DNA of 64,000 nucleotides from Eledone cirrhosa. Its lineage: Eukaryota. The position numbers and the translations under genes were made by a program. The stretch is from positions 52,576,001 through 52,640,000 of the forward strand of contig OZ024740.1 of NCBI GenBank assembly GCA_964016885.1, in the 5' to 3' direction. Below the pieces are notes generated by a model that saw only the letters and a program-made list of their open reading frames with translations, was not told the DNA's origin and made no database searches. Of this stretch, positions 1 through 13,130 are shown in pieces; position 1 is the first letter of the stretch, and every line of letters starts with the position of its first letter.

Positions 1-39
1 GTAGCTTGCCAGTGTCTTGACACAATACTATGACTCTGT

Positions 40-750
<711 letters not shown>

Positions 751-1235
751 CTTCCTCTATAACTTGCACAGTTGTATTTGAAAACCCAAAGAGAAAAAAA
801 AATTTTTGTTTTCAAAGAGAATCTCATTTCTGACATATCTTTCCCCTCATTTGATTTACCCGTTTCCGATTTATAGAATGGCAGTTGTAATTTGGGAATT
901 CCTTACGTCGTATCAAGATTGTATGGAACATTCATAGTTCCCATAAAATATTATATATCACAATGTACTTTTGTTGTCATACTAAACTGGATTATTATTC
1001 TCCATTATTAAAGGGTCTATTTTACTAAATTGTGATTTCATTAATACCTATGTCCCCCTTACAATTGTTTTCCTTATATTCTTCTAATCCTGAACTGTGA
1101 ACATAGCTCTAGATTGTTGATGTTGTTGCCGTTGTTGCTGCTGATGTTGTTGTCGTCGTTGTTGATGTTTTAATTCTCCAGCATCCCTATTTTCCCATAT
1201 TGATTATTTATTATTATACAGGGCCACTCAGCTCC

Positions 1236-1325
<90 letters not shown>

Positions 1326-1371
1326 CTCTTTCTCGCTCTTCTGTCACCTGTCTCTCTATCTATCTATCCCC

Positions 1372-1427
<56 letters not shown>

Positions 1428-1869
1428 GGCGAGAAGAGAGAGCGGAGGAGTATGAGGGGAAGGAAGGGGGAGAGAAAAATGGTGATTTGTATATATATAT
1501 ATATTCTTAGATCAATAGAACTAAGTACCAATCAAGTACTAGGTTGATTTAATTGACTTCCCCATTTCCCCAAAATTACTGACCTTTTGCCAATGTTAGA
1601 AAGAATCATTATATCAACTTAGAGCAATCAAAAGCTTTTGCTAGGATCGGTTATCAGGACTAGGCAACTGCCTTGGGGAAGCCAGTTTCGATTCCGTCTT
1701 AAGGAGCGGGATCACCGTAATATACAGCAACATCTGCTCGCTGGTCAGAATAAATGGTTACCAATCGGAACCGTTCAGTATCATACGCTCAGTTCTTCAA
1801 GAGTGTCTTCTCTCGTATCTTCGATATGTACTGACTCTAAAGTTATTACTGCAGAAACTAGAAACGTCG

Positions 1870-1970
1870 AGGGGCATCCCTCAAAAGCCAATATTGGTAA
1901 AGCCTTCCTAGCATTAGCAGATAAGCACTTCACTATTAACCATATATATAGAAAGCTACTCAACAATTTA
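1870..1970 (+). mobile_element. Small degenerate Penelope-like RT C-terminal fragment
   Basis: Translates as KANIGKAFLALADKHFTINHIYRKLLN, resembling the PLE linker motif TNIGxxFLxLIDKHFPxxHxLxKIFN. Confidence 0.5.
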
Positions 1971-2303
1971 TGTCTCCTTATACAACTGATAAAACCGATT
2001 TTGGCACTGAAGTAACTACCGTGTAGTTTTCAATTTTATTTATTTTAAATGATCAAACAGTTTTTATATAAAAAGTAATATATAAAATGGAATCGATTTG
2101 TGTAGCATATATTCAACGCTTAAATCAACATAATTGCGATATAGGTCTTAAATATTTTTGCTTCGAATTGTATTGCTTTCTGTCTAACCTTTCTCTTAAA
2201 TCAAATGAAATCATGTAAATAACTGTCGGCTGTGTGTATGATAGAGTAATTTAATAGTGTCATTTTTATTTTGTTAGTAATTTATATTCCTGCATTCAGT
2301 GAT

Positions 2304-2605
2304 GAAGGTGCATGGCTTAGTGGTTAGAGCATTGGGCTTGCCATCAGTTTATGAGTTCGATTCTCGGACTGGGTGATGCGTTGTGTTCTTGGGCAAGACA
2401 CTTTATGACACGTTTCTCCAGTTTACTCAGCCGTAGAAATGGTGCCAAGCTGTATCGGCCATTGCCTTTGAACAACATTCGTGGTGTAAAGAGGGAGGAT
2501 TGGTATGCATGGGTAACTGCTGATCTTCCACAAACAACCTTGTTCGGACTCACACCTCGGAGGGGAGCTTTCTATTTGTAGATTCCATGGTCGTTGGTGA
2601 TACAC
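2304..2605 (+). mobile_element. tRNA-derived SINE (family 2)
   Basis: A box TGGCTTAGTGG and B box GAGTTCGATTC, followed by TGTGTTCTTGGGCAAGACACTTTAT. Related minus-strand copy around 33140-33590. Confidence 0.75.
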
Positions 2606-3646
2606 GGGAATTTTGATTTACAAGTGACATTAGTAGACAAAACTTTACTAAGGATTCTGTATGGTTTAGTATGAGTAGAGGCCCCGTGAATGTGGCGACA
2701 TCATCAGTTACTGCTCTTGATAATATCAGCTCTAGTAACACCACTGCGTTCGTACGTTCCATTTTTGGCATGGTTTCTATGGTTGGGGGCCTTTCCTAAT
2801 ACCAACTACTTATCAGTGTATTGGGTGCGTTTTATCGTGATATCAGCTCTAGAAAACATGTTTGATGGTTGTAGAGACGGTGTGATGGTTAACAACAACG
2901 ATGTATGACGGTATAAGAAAGTGGTAGATGTCAACTAAGAGTGAGAGAGGGGAAGAAAAATCGTGGTTAACGGTAGAAGCTAAATGAAGAGGGACTGAAT
3001 ATGGATAGATCTGATACTGTCACTCGTTTACCCAGTCGTCGTGATAGTCGAAGTACCAAGTAACAGAAAGGTGATCGAGAGAAAAGCAACCCGGTTAGTG
3101 GGTAATGTTGGATGAATTGAATATGGACAGATCAAATGTGATCTTTTGTGACTCGGGCAGTGTGATATATTGATTTAGATATTGCGTGAAAGGGTAACGA
3201 ATAGGAAAATAGATGGAGACATAACAGGAGTATAATGGACGAGACATCCAGTGATATATCATACATTCCAATCTCCATCATCCCTCCCATTATTTTAACT
3301 ATCAATTTTGTCATACTTGCACTAGTGGACGTGTCTTCTCCAACACATCCTATCGACAATTATCAGAGTTTTTGTTATCTCCTTTGTAATGTTCAGCTTC
3401 TTAAATTCAGTTTGTTCCTTGTCTTCATAGATCTCCCTCATCCATTTTGAGCGCTCCTTTATACAATTAACATCTTCTATGTGCATCAAATATCCTCCGT
3501 ACAGCACTGTCTTCTCTCTTCATATGATTCCTCTTAGAACCAGCTTTTCTCTCACCACATGCGTCATATTTAGCGCACGTTTTTTTACAATGAAAAATAG
3601 ATTAATATGTTGGGTATATAAGCGCCTTGGCGAACAAAGTGGACAG

Positions 3647-3717
3647 TATCGCCAGTGGGACTCGAACCCACATGAGCCGTATGCCATACGACCATGCTAC
3701 CATTACACCAAAGGGAC
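3647..3717 (-). tRNA. tRNA-like sequence (GGC anticodon), probably pseudo-tRNA or repeat head
   Basis: Reverse complement GTCCCTT TG GTGTAATGGTAGCAT G GTCGT ATGGCAT ACGGC TCAT GTGGG TTCGAGT CCCAC TGGCGAT. D, anticodon and T arms pair; the acceptor stem has two mismatches. Confidence 0.5.
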
Positions 3718-4449
3718 AGCGATCCTGTTTGGTTTTTTTCCCTTAAATTAAGCTTTATCAGTCACCAGAATAAACATACAGTCAAAATTAGTGCAGAAGC
3801 AAGAACACACACAAGGCGAAATGGCAAGCGTGCTTGAGAATAAAGAGCAAAACAGAGAAGCCTTATCTAACACCGATAATCCTTGATAAGCTGATTACAA
3901 TGAGGGTGAGGATGAGATAATCCTTGATAAGCTGATTAAAATGAGGGTGAGGACGAGAGCTCGGGTTCTTAGATCACTTAACCATACAGGTTGGTGTCAC
4001 AACTACAAAACTCCATTAGAGATAAGTATATAGCCATAGGAAGAAGATGGTATGCAATAGAATATGATGTTTCTGTGAGGATACTAAAGATTACAATTCT
4101 AACTTAGAACCACTGGGAGAAGTATATAAATATTTAAGTTGCATTCGTGGTGGTCACATAAGCTATTGAGTCGTAAAAGAACCAATGAATTGTACCACGA
4201 GGCAAAGAAAACCTTTACTGCCAGGTGCAAATTAAGACACAATAAAGCCACACTTGTAGAAAGTGTCCTCCCGTACAAAAGATTCGTCCTATCATTCATG
4301 TATCTATCTAAATTTATGATAAGCACTACGACTAAACGACAATAACAAACGGGCCAATATTGCAACTCAAAATAATATCTGGATACGAAAATTATTGGGG
4401 CTGACAAGTAGAGAATGTATCCTAAAGGTATATAGAAAATATTCAATGA

Positions 4450-4615
4450 GCGCAGGCATGTTTGCGAGGTTAAGAACTCGTTTCACAATTACGTACTTCC
4501 GGGTTCAATCCCATTACGTGGCACCTTAGATAAATGTCTTTTACCACAGCATGAAGTTGGTCAAAGCCTTATTAGTGGAATTTGATTGACGGAAACTGTG
4601 AAAGCCCATGGGAAG
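4450..4615 (+). mobile_element. Degenerate tRNA-derived SINE (family 3)
   Basis: B box GGGTTCAATCCC and tail GACGGAAACTG..AAGCCC. Confidence 0.5.
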
Positions 4616-5859
4616 CTTCGTACTTATTTTTATTTTGTATACTTAATACATCACCACCTAGCTCTTGAATGCCTTTAACGGAGTATATTCTGTGTCAAGC
4701 TGATTTCTTGTCTGAGGGTACCTTCCTCCTTTTCTCTCACCGGTCTCAGAGGTCTTCAAAAGGACCAATGTGCTAGTTTTCTCTTCTGACTAAGCAATTG
4801 AAAAACGGGAACATGCATCAAATGGGACAAGAAGGCATATTGTGGGGCAAGTCCATGCTGGTCAGAGGCAATTTCTGTCGCTGAACGGACGGACCTCCCG
4901 GTAGACAAGAAGTGAGAGAAGGTCACGAATAGGGGGAGGGGCAGTCTCACTCAGAAATTGACTGAGAAAACTTTCCCTGAAAATCGGGCTAAAGTGGCTA
5001 ATACCTACACCACGTGTGGGTGACGTGCTACTGCCTAAACGTCGTGTCATGTCCAAAAACCACTTGGCGAGACAAGTGATGGTTTCCGAATACTATCGGC
5101 GACGAAAGCGAAGGCTAATCAGTGTGGGCACCTTTCGTGTAATACGTCTTTCAGTAGCTCATCTACTTGACCAAGTTTCAATCCTCGGTTAAGCGCAAGC
5201 CGAGGTTGGGTGACTGGCTTCTAGAATGCTGTCAGGAACTCAGAGCACTTAACTGGCTGGAAAATATAATCGGGGCCGGGAAATAACGCTTGCTTTTTCT
5301 AAACTATTAGTGGAAGGAATGAGTGACTATGCTTTGATAAGCACAGTCTGAACAGGCGGTTCTGGAGAACTTTCAGGTCGGGGATTATGGCTAATTTCCT
5401 AACATCCTTGTATGACAGTAATAGAGTCCAGAACTACAGACACAGAAGTGTCAACAGGGATATGTCTATCAGCTGAAACTCGAACAGACATCTTACTTCG
5501 GCAAGGAAGGGCGGCAAGACTTTCTCTGTTTGGTGGCTATAGTGAACTAAGCTGTATAGTGGGCACGTCCAAAAGGTTTAAGGATAGGGATTTTCCTCCA
5601 TGGTCAAGGCCTCATCAACTTCTTCAAGTACCACTTGAAGAGAAAGGTAAGAATAGAGAGGGAGGTGCTGCTTTCTGATGGCTTTTGTGAAAGTTGAGTG
5701 AGTGAAACAAGATTGACGAGGTTGAATGGGCGGGTACACTTTCAATGTCCTTGATTGGACAGAGTAATCCGGGGTTAGAGGGTGGAATAACCCTAGAACA
5801 CCTTGCCTCCTATTAAAGAACTTTTTATGGCTGACTATATTTTTACATCATTATTATTT

Positions 5860-7280
5860 ATCCCGCCGAGATTGACTTTGCCTTTCATCCTTACGGGGTC
5901 GATAAAATAAAGTACCAGTAATGCACTGGGTAATTGCTGGTCTTGTGCCAAAAGTAGAAACAATTATTATTTATGGAGGGGCGGTGAATTGGCAGTATCG
6001 GTAGAGGGTCGGACAACATGCTTTGTCGCATAGAGTTACGGCCCTTGCCATTCTGAGTTCAAATCCCGCCGAGGTTAACTTTGGCTTTCATCCTTACGGG
6101 GTCGATAAAATAAAGTACCAGTAATGCACTGGGTAATTGCTGGCCTTGTGCCAAAAGTAGAAACAATTATTATTTATGAAGGGCGGTAACCCTTGTGGTT
6201 AATAAAGAAAGCATTATTTATGAAGGGCGTGGGTTGGTAGTATCGGTATATTTTAATTACCGCCTCTTATATCCTGATTTTAATTCCCACTGAGTTTAAC
6301 TTTGCCGTTTAACCTTCCTGGGTCGACAAAATAAGTAGCAGTCAAGTACTGGGTTGATTAAATCGACTTCTTTCTCCCCCAAATCGTTTTAGAAACAATT
6401 ATAATATTCATTGTGCTGTTACAGGACGGTGGATTGGTAGTATCGGTAGAGCTGTTCAGAGTTCAGATCCCGCCGAGGTTAGCTTTGCCTTTCATCCTTA
6501 CGGCGTCGATAAAATAAAGAACTAGTCTGGGTTGCACTGGGTTTGATTTAATCGACTTTCCCTCCCTCAAAATTGTTGGCCTTGTGTCTAAATCAGAAAC
6601 TATTATTACGGTGGATTGGCAGTATCGGTAGAGAGTCGGACGCCATGCTTTCCAGCATAGTTACGTCCCTTTACGATCTGAGTTCAAATCCCGCCGAGGT
6701 TGACTTTGCCTTTCATCCTTACGAGGTCGATAAAATAAAGTACCAGTAATGCACTGGGTAATTGCTGGCCTTGTGCCTAAAGTAGAAACAATTATTACTG
6801 TTATTTGAACTCAGGACGTAAAGATCCGGAATAATTGCCGCAACGCATTTTCACCGACGCTCTAACGATTCTGCCAATCCACCTTAATAATTGTTTCTAC
6901 TTTTGGCACAAGGCCAGCAATTACCCAGTACATTACTGGTACTTTATTTTATCGACCCCGTAATCCAGGTGAAGTGGGCTGAGGAGGGCGATGGCGTTGG
7001 GCATGAATTTGCAAATATTGCAGTGGGTTCGGGAACAAGAGAAAGACGTGGGCTGAGTATTAGAATAATAATGAAATTATTGTGTACAGTGCTCAGATGC
7101 ACTACAGCTCAGCAAAGGTGCATGTATAATATATAGAATAATTGTTTCTACTTTTTGGCACAAGGCCAGCAATTACCCAGTGCATTACTGGTACTTTATT
7201 TTATCGACCCCAGCGGGATTTGAACTCAGAATGGCAAGGGCCGTAACTCTATGTGTCAAAGCATGGCGTCCGACCCTCTA
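5860..7280. mobile_element. Cluster of about 8 copies of the dominant tRNA-derived SINE (family 1): + copies 5860-6797, - copies 6800-7280
   Basis: Repeated TGGCAGTATCGGTAGAG (A box), GAGTTCAAATCCC (B box), core GACTTTGCCTTTCATCCTTACGGGGTCGATAAAATAAAGTACC and tail AGTAGAAACAATTATT. The core resembles the Nin/Deu-type SINE domain (from memory). Confidence 0.92.
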
Positions 7281-7607
7281 CATATGCAGATGCTCCCAAA
7301 TTTGAGAGATGGTTATAGTCTTCTAGACCACCCGTGACCCGTTGGGACAGGTTCACTTAAAAATATTTCTTTATATTCATGTTCACTTAAAAATAATTTT
7401 TAAATAATTAACATATACACAGACATATATAATGGAAAATGAAATTGGTAGGCCCATATATATATGTGTGTGTATTTATATATATGGGTGTCTGTGACCT
7501 ATATACACTGATCACAGAAACACACATATACACACATACATATATATATATATATACACACACACATACATACAAACACACACATATATATATACATATA
7601 TATATAT

Positions 7608-7780
7608 AGGAAAATGTTCAAGAACCCGACGGCAGAGCTCAAGCCGTTTTGACGGCTTTTTCTGCTCTGAGCTCTGCCGTCGGGGTATTGAACATTTTCC
7701 TATTACCCACTCTACTACCCAAAGTATTGAGTACTCTGGTGCGTTATGGTCCACCTGCTTCCTTACCACACTTCCTTCGT

Positions 7781-7781
<1 letters not shown>
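7608..7781 (+). mobile_element. Short Penelope-like pLTR copy with inverted 5' end, in (TA)n
   Basis: 7665-7781 matches the reverse complement of 8283-8395; 7608-7655 is an inverted copy, forming a hairpin. Confidence 0.75.
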
Positions 7782-7830
<49 letters not shown>

Positions 7831-7834
<4 letters not shown>

Positions 7835-8166
7835 AAAATTGATGAGCAGAACAAACAAACATTAAACAATCCCTTAAATGGAAATAGAATGGAAATAGCT
7901 ATCTGAAGAAATCTACTTTCCGTTAGAAATTCTCTGAATTTCTAATCTTTTGTAAATGGAAACCGCCGGTAATAGCATTATGAACAGGTAGATATTTAAA
8001 TTATTTTTTAATTTATTTAAGGGATTGTTTAATGTTTGTTTGTTCTGCTCATCAATTTTTATAGTTCTGGTATCTCGAATTAGCCCCATAGAACAACAAT
8101 TATATTATAGACACCCTATATATCTCAGTGTGTACTTAGTACTCAGAGAGATATTTACCTCATTTT

Positions 8167-8168
<2 letters not shown>
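7831..8168. repeat. Inverted repeat (7831-7879 vs 8014-8062) within a (TA)n-flanked insertion
   Basis: TAAAAATTGATGAGCAGAACAAACAAACATTAAACAATCCCTTAAAT and its exact reverse complement. Confidence 0.85.
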
Positions 8169-8201
<33 letters not shown>

Positions 8202-8206
8202 GTATA

Positions 8207-8282
<76 letters not shown>

Positions 8283-8283
<1 letters not shown>

Positions 8284-10192
8284 CGAAGGAAATGTGGTAA
8301 GGAACCAGGTGGACCATAACGCACCAAAGTACTCAATACTTGAGGTAGTAGAGTGGGTAATAGGAACCAGTAAGACCCCGACAGCTGAGCTCAAGCCGTT
8401 TCGACGGCTAATTCTGGACTAAATGAACATTTATCCTGGTATTTAAATAGCCGATCTTCTCAAGGGGTAATTCCATATATGGTCAAAGTGATTGTCAAAA
8501 ATCAGTAGTAATTCTGTGGTTGCAAATTAGTAGGGGAGATGGTGGCTAAACCTGCCAGTAGGAGAAAGAGGGGAGGGGGTGGAGTAGACCCAATCAAGCG
8601 TTGGTAGTGCCAGCTACAGCTGGGCATGAGGTCAAAGAAGATACAGGGGAGGGGGAGGGGGAGGAAGTCGGAACGGTAGGTAGAACAATGGGGGGTAAAA
8701 ATAGGAAAGAAAAAATACTGAGAGTGAAGAAAAGCAAATAAGTGTAAAGAAAAAATTAAATTCTACGACCTAGGTGTCAGGCTATTGTTAGGCGAGAATA
8801 AAATAAAGAAAGAAAGAAAGAAGTAAATAAATAAATAAATAAATAAATAAGGAAATAAGTAAAAGAACTAGGTGGGACGAATTAGGCAAGGACCCTTTTA
8901 AGAGGTATAAGTACGTAAATGATACGGTGACTGGTCAACAAAAGGGGCCAAAATACTAAAGAGACTACCACGAAATAAACAATAAAGGTTTCCATCCCGG
9001 GCCAGCAACGACCCAGTGCAGCAAAGTGAACTTGTACGACATAATAATTCTGAGTCCCGGGAAAAATATATACTAATGCTAACTCTAAAAGATCTAAAAC
9101 AAGCTACATGAAAGTTCGTACGAAATAAAGGTAGAATACGGAGAAATAAGTTCAGAATCCACCCCGCCCAGAAGAAAAGCGAAGCAAGAAATACTGAAAC
9201 GAAAAAATAAGGCATAAGTGCCACTAAGAAATATAGAGGGCACAGAGAATAGTGGGAGCGGTCGGAAAAGGGGGGCAAGTATCCGGGGTCTAAGCCAACT
9301 GCTATAAAGGGCGGAGTCCGCCAAATCTATCAAGGACTAGGGGAGGGGGGAGTGGGGGTACTAAGGCTACATGGGGCCAAAGGGCAGCCTCGGGTGGGCG
9401 AGAAAAGACGCCGACAAAGGAGAAGAGCTGGGGTAGAAGGACAAAGGAGAGAGGGGGGAAGGAAATAAAGGATGCGATAAAAGAATACAAAGAAGATCTT
9501 ACGTCTTCCTTGGCAAGCAGGGGTTACCCATTGCAAAATCGGCAACTGGGGTGTTATAGCCCTAGTCTACCCCCCCGGGTCATTATGGGGTTTGAGGGCG
9601 AGGTAAGTCCTACGCAATCTATGTTTACATGCAGTAACCAGTTCATCTTTCTTGTTTAGGAGTTGGTCCGTCGAAAACAGCATTTGTAAAGTTTCCTCCG
9701 AGCATAAATTGCACGGACGGCGTCCTCCCGTGTAAGAATTGGCTCTGGACAGTAATCTCCAAGTGAGATCATAGGTGATGTTGTTGTCCTTGAGGTCCCA
9801 TATGTGGCCCGAAAGTGTAGTGGCGTGACGCCGGGCCGGGTTTCGGAAGGTATGTCTATGTTGGTATAGCCGGGTCTTGAAGTCACATGCGGTAAGTCCT
9901 ATATAGGCTTTGTTGGAGGTATCCGTCCTCACGTTGCACTGGTAGATCACATTACGGTCTCTGCATCTATTGTTATATATATATAACGAAGGAAATGTGG
10001 TAAAGAACCAGGTGGACCATAACGCACCAAAGTACTCAATACTTAGGATAGTAGGGTGGGTAATAGGAACAAGTAGGACCCTGACGGCTGAGCTCAAGCC
10101 GTTTCGACGGCTAATTCTGGACTAAATGCATTTAGTCCAGAATTAGCCGTCGAAACGGCTTGAGGTCAGCCGTCGGGGTCCTACTCGTTCCT
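8283..10192 (-). mobile_element. 5'-truncated Penelope-like retroelement with direct pLTRs (8283-8425, 9985-10128) and inverted pLTR end (10129-10192)
   Basis: GIY-YIG ORF, about 1.3 kb 3' UTR, ~145 bp direct repeat, palindrome centred at GGACTAAATG|CATTTAGTCC, (TA)n on both sides. Confidence 0.88.
9567..9968 (-). CDS. GIY-YIG endonuclease C-terminal fragment of a Penelope-like element (Naiad-like)
   Basis: VIYQC..AYIGLTACDFKTRLYQH..TTLSGHIWDLK..CNLCSEE..LLNKKDELVTACKH. The track's N-terminal extension to 10097 is read-through of pLTR/(TA)n sequence. Confidence 0.88.
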   Translation of the reverse strand, partial: RCRDRNVIYQCNVRTDTSNKAYIGLTACDFKTRLYQHRHTFRNPARRHATTLSGHIWDLKDNNITYDLTWRLLSRANSYTGGRRPCNLCSEETLQMLFSTDQLLNKKDELVTACKHRLRRTYLALKPHNDPGG

Positions 10193-10227
10193 ATATATAT
10201 ACATATATATAGAAAGAGGGAGAGAAA

Positions 10228-10266
<39 letters not shown>

Positions 10267-10268
10267 GG

Positions 10269-10340
<72 letters not shown>

Positions 10341-10410
10341 TGGTGTTGTGGATTTGGTGACTTCAAAGAATCAAATACAGTATTATTGTATTTAGCTCAA
10401 ATTTGGTGAC

Positions 10411-11591
<1,181 letters not shown>

Positions 11592-11674
11592 GGGGGTGTA
11601 ACTAGGAGTTACTGCAGGTTCACCCGATATTTAGGTTCACTTCTGTGATGAGGTGTAGAGCTATACAGAGTGTA

Positions 11675-12152
11675 ATATATTGAAAGGATAACAAGGACGA
11701 TTGATTATTCCTTCATTGCATTTATTGATAGGTGACGCGCGTTTCGCCACTGATCAGCTCAAGGTTCGATCTATACCGATCCTTCCGACTCAATAATCGG
11801 CAGCTCGACGGACCCTCTTAAAATGCTATAAGAAAATGAAATAATGCTATGTGGTAAAGTCAGAGTTTCAAGAGTTTGACAAAATGAGTTGTTTTGATTG
11901 GTGGGAAGGATCATCGCCTTGATCCTTCCCACCAATCAAAACAACTCATTTTGTCAAACTCTTGAAACTCTGACTTTACCACATAGCATTATTTCATTTC
12001 TTATAGCATTTTAAGAGGGTCCGTCGAGCTGCCGATTATTGAGTCGGGAAGGATCGGTATAGATCGAACCTTGAGCTGATCAGTGGCGAAACGCGCGTCA
12101 CCTATCAATAAATGCAATGAAGGAATAATCAATCGTCCTTGTTATCCTTTCA

Positions 12153-12158
<6 letters not shown>
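11675..12158. repeat. ~240 bp-arm near-perfect palindrome with 6-nt loop (11914-11919), PLE inverted-pLTR-like
   Basis: Arms are reverse complements. The right arm has CCAAT, CTGATCA..CGAAACGCGCGTC and AATAAA, and ends in (TA)n. Confidence 0.92.
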
Positions 12159-12223
<65 letters not shown>

Positions 12224-12232
12224 TATATACAC

Positions 12233-12324
<92 letters not shown>

Positions 12325-12343
12325 TATACATATATATATACAC

Positions 12344-12412
<69 letters not shown>

Positions 12413-12484
12413 GTCACACCAAATTTGAGCTAAATACAATAATACTGTATTTGATTCTTTGAAGTCACCAAATCCACAACACCA

Positions 12485-12558
<74 letters not shown>

Positions 12559-13130
12559 TCTCTCTCTCTCTTTCTATGTCTGTCTTTCAATCTACTCTCT
12601 CACAACTACTATCTTTTTCTCTCTATCCTTCTATCTCTCTATTTATGAAGATACCCGGAAAAAACCTGTATCTCGGGAACCCGTGTTCTGATTTACGCGG
12701 AATTTGTTTTATTCCATTTGTATTCCCATTTCAGGGGTAACTTCCTTTCAAAGTACTTTCCCATAACTGGTATTTAATATTCTGTGTAAATAATGGTGAT
12801 GGATTAGTGGAATTGGTAGAGCATCGGATAAAATGCCATTGTGGTAGTTGTTCTTGCTCTCTACATTCTGAGTTGAAATCCCACTGAAGTCAACTTTGCC
12901 TTTCATCTCTCTCAGATCAAATATAATATCTGTCAAGTACCAAGGTTGATTTAAGCAACTTTGCATATCCACTAAAATGTGTCTCTAAATTAGGTATCAA
13001 CATTTTATCCACTTTAAACAAAGGAATGTTTACAAGGTGTTACAACTGCTGAAAATAAAAGCCAAAATCTCCAGGCATACCTTCGACACCTTCTTATCTA
13101 ACATATTATAGTCAAAATTTCTTCTTTTGC

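Noticed and set aside
3874-3957. LTR or regulatory repeat
   Set aside because: Only a two-unit ~41-bp tandem duplication; no partner LTR, PBS or PPT identified.
4139-4430. Degenerate GIY-YIG remnant (similar hints at 40560-40860)
   Set aside because: Only vague motif resemblance; not supportable.
10075-10180. Hammerhead in the GIY-YIG element pLTR (GAAAC-GGCT-loop-AGCC-GTC)
   Set aside because: A stem III-like half exists, but there is no CTGANGA strand nearby and a competing AGCCGT-CGAA-ACGGCT hairpin.
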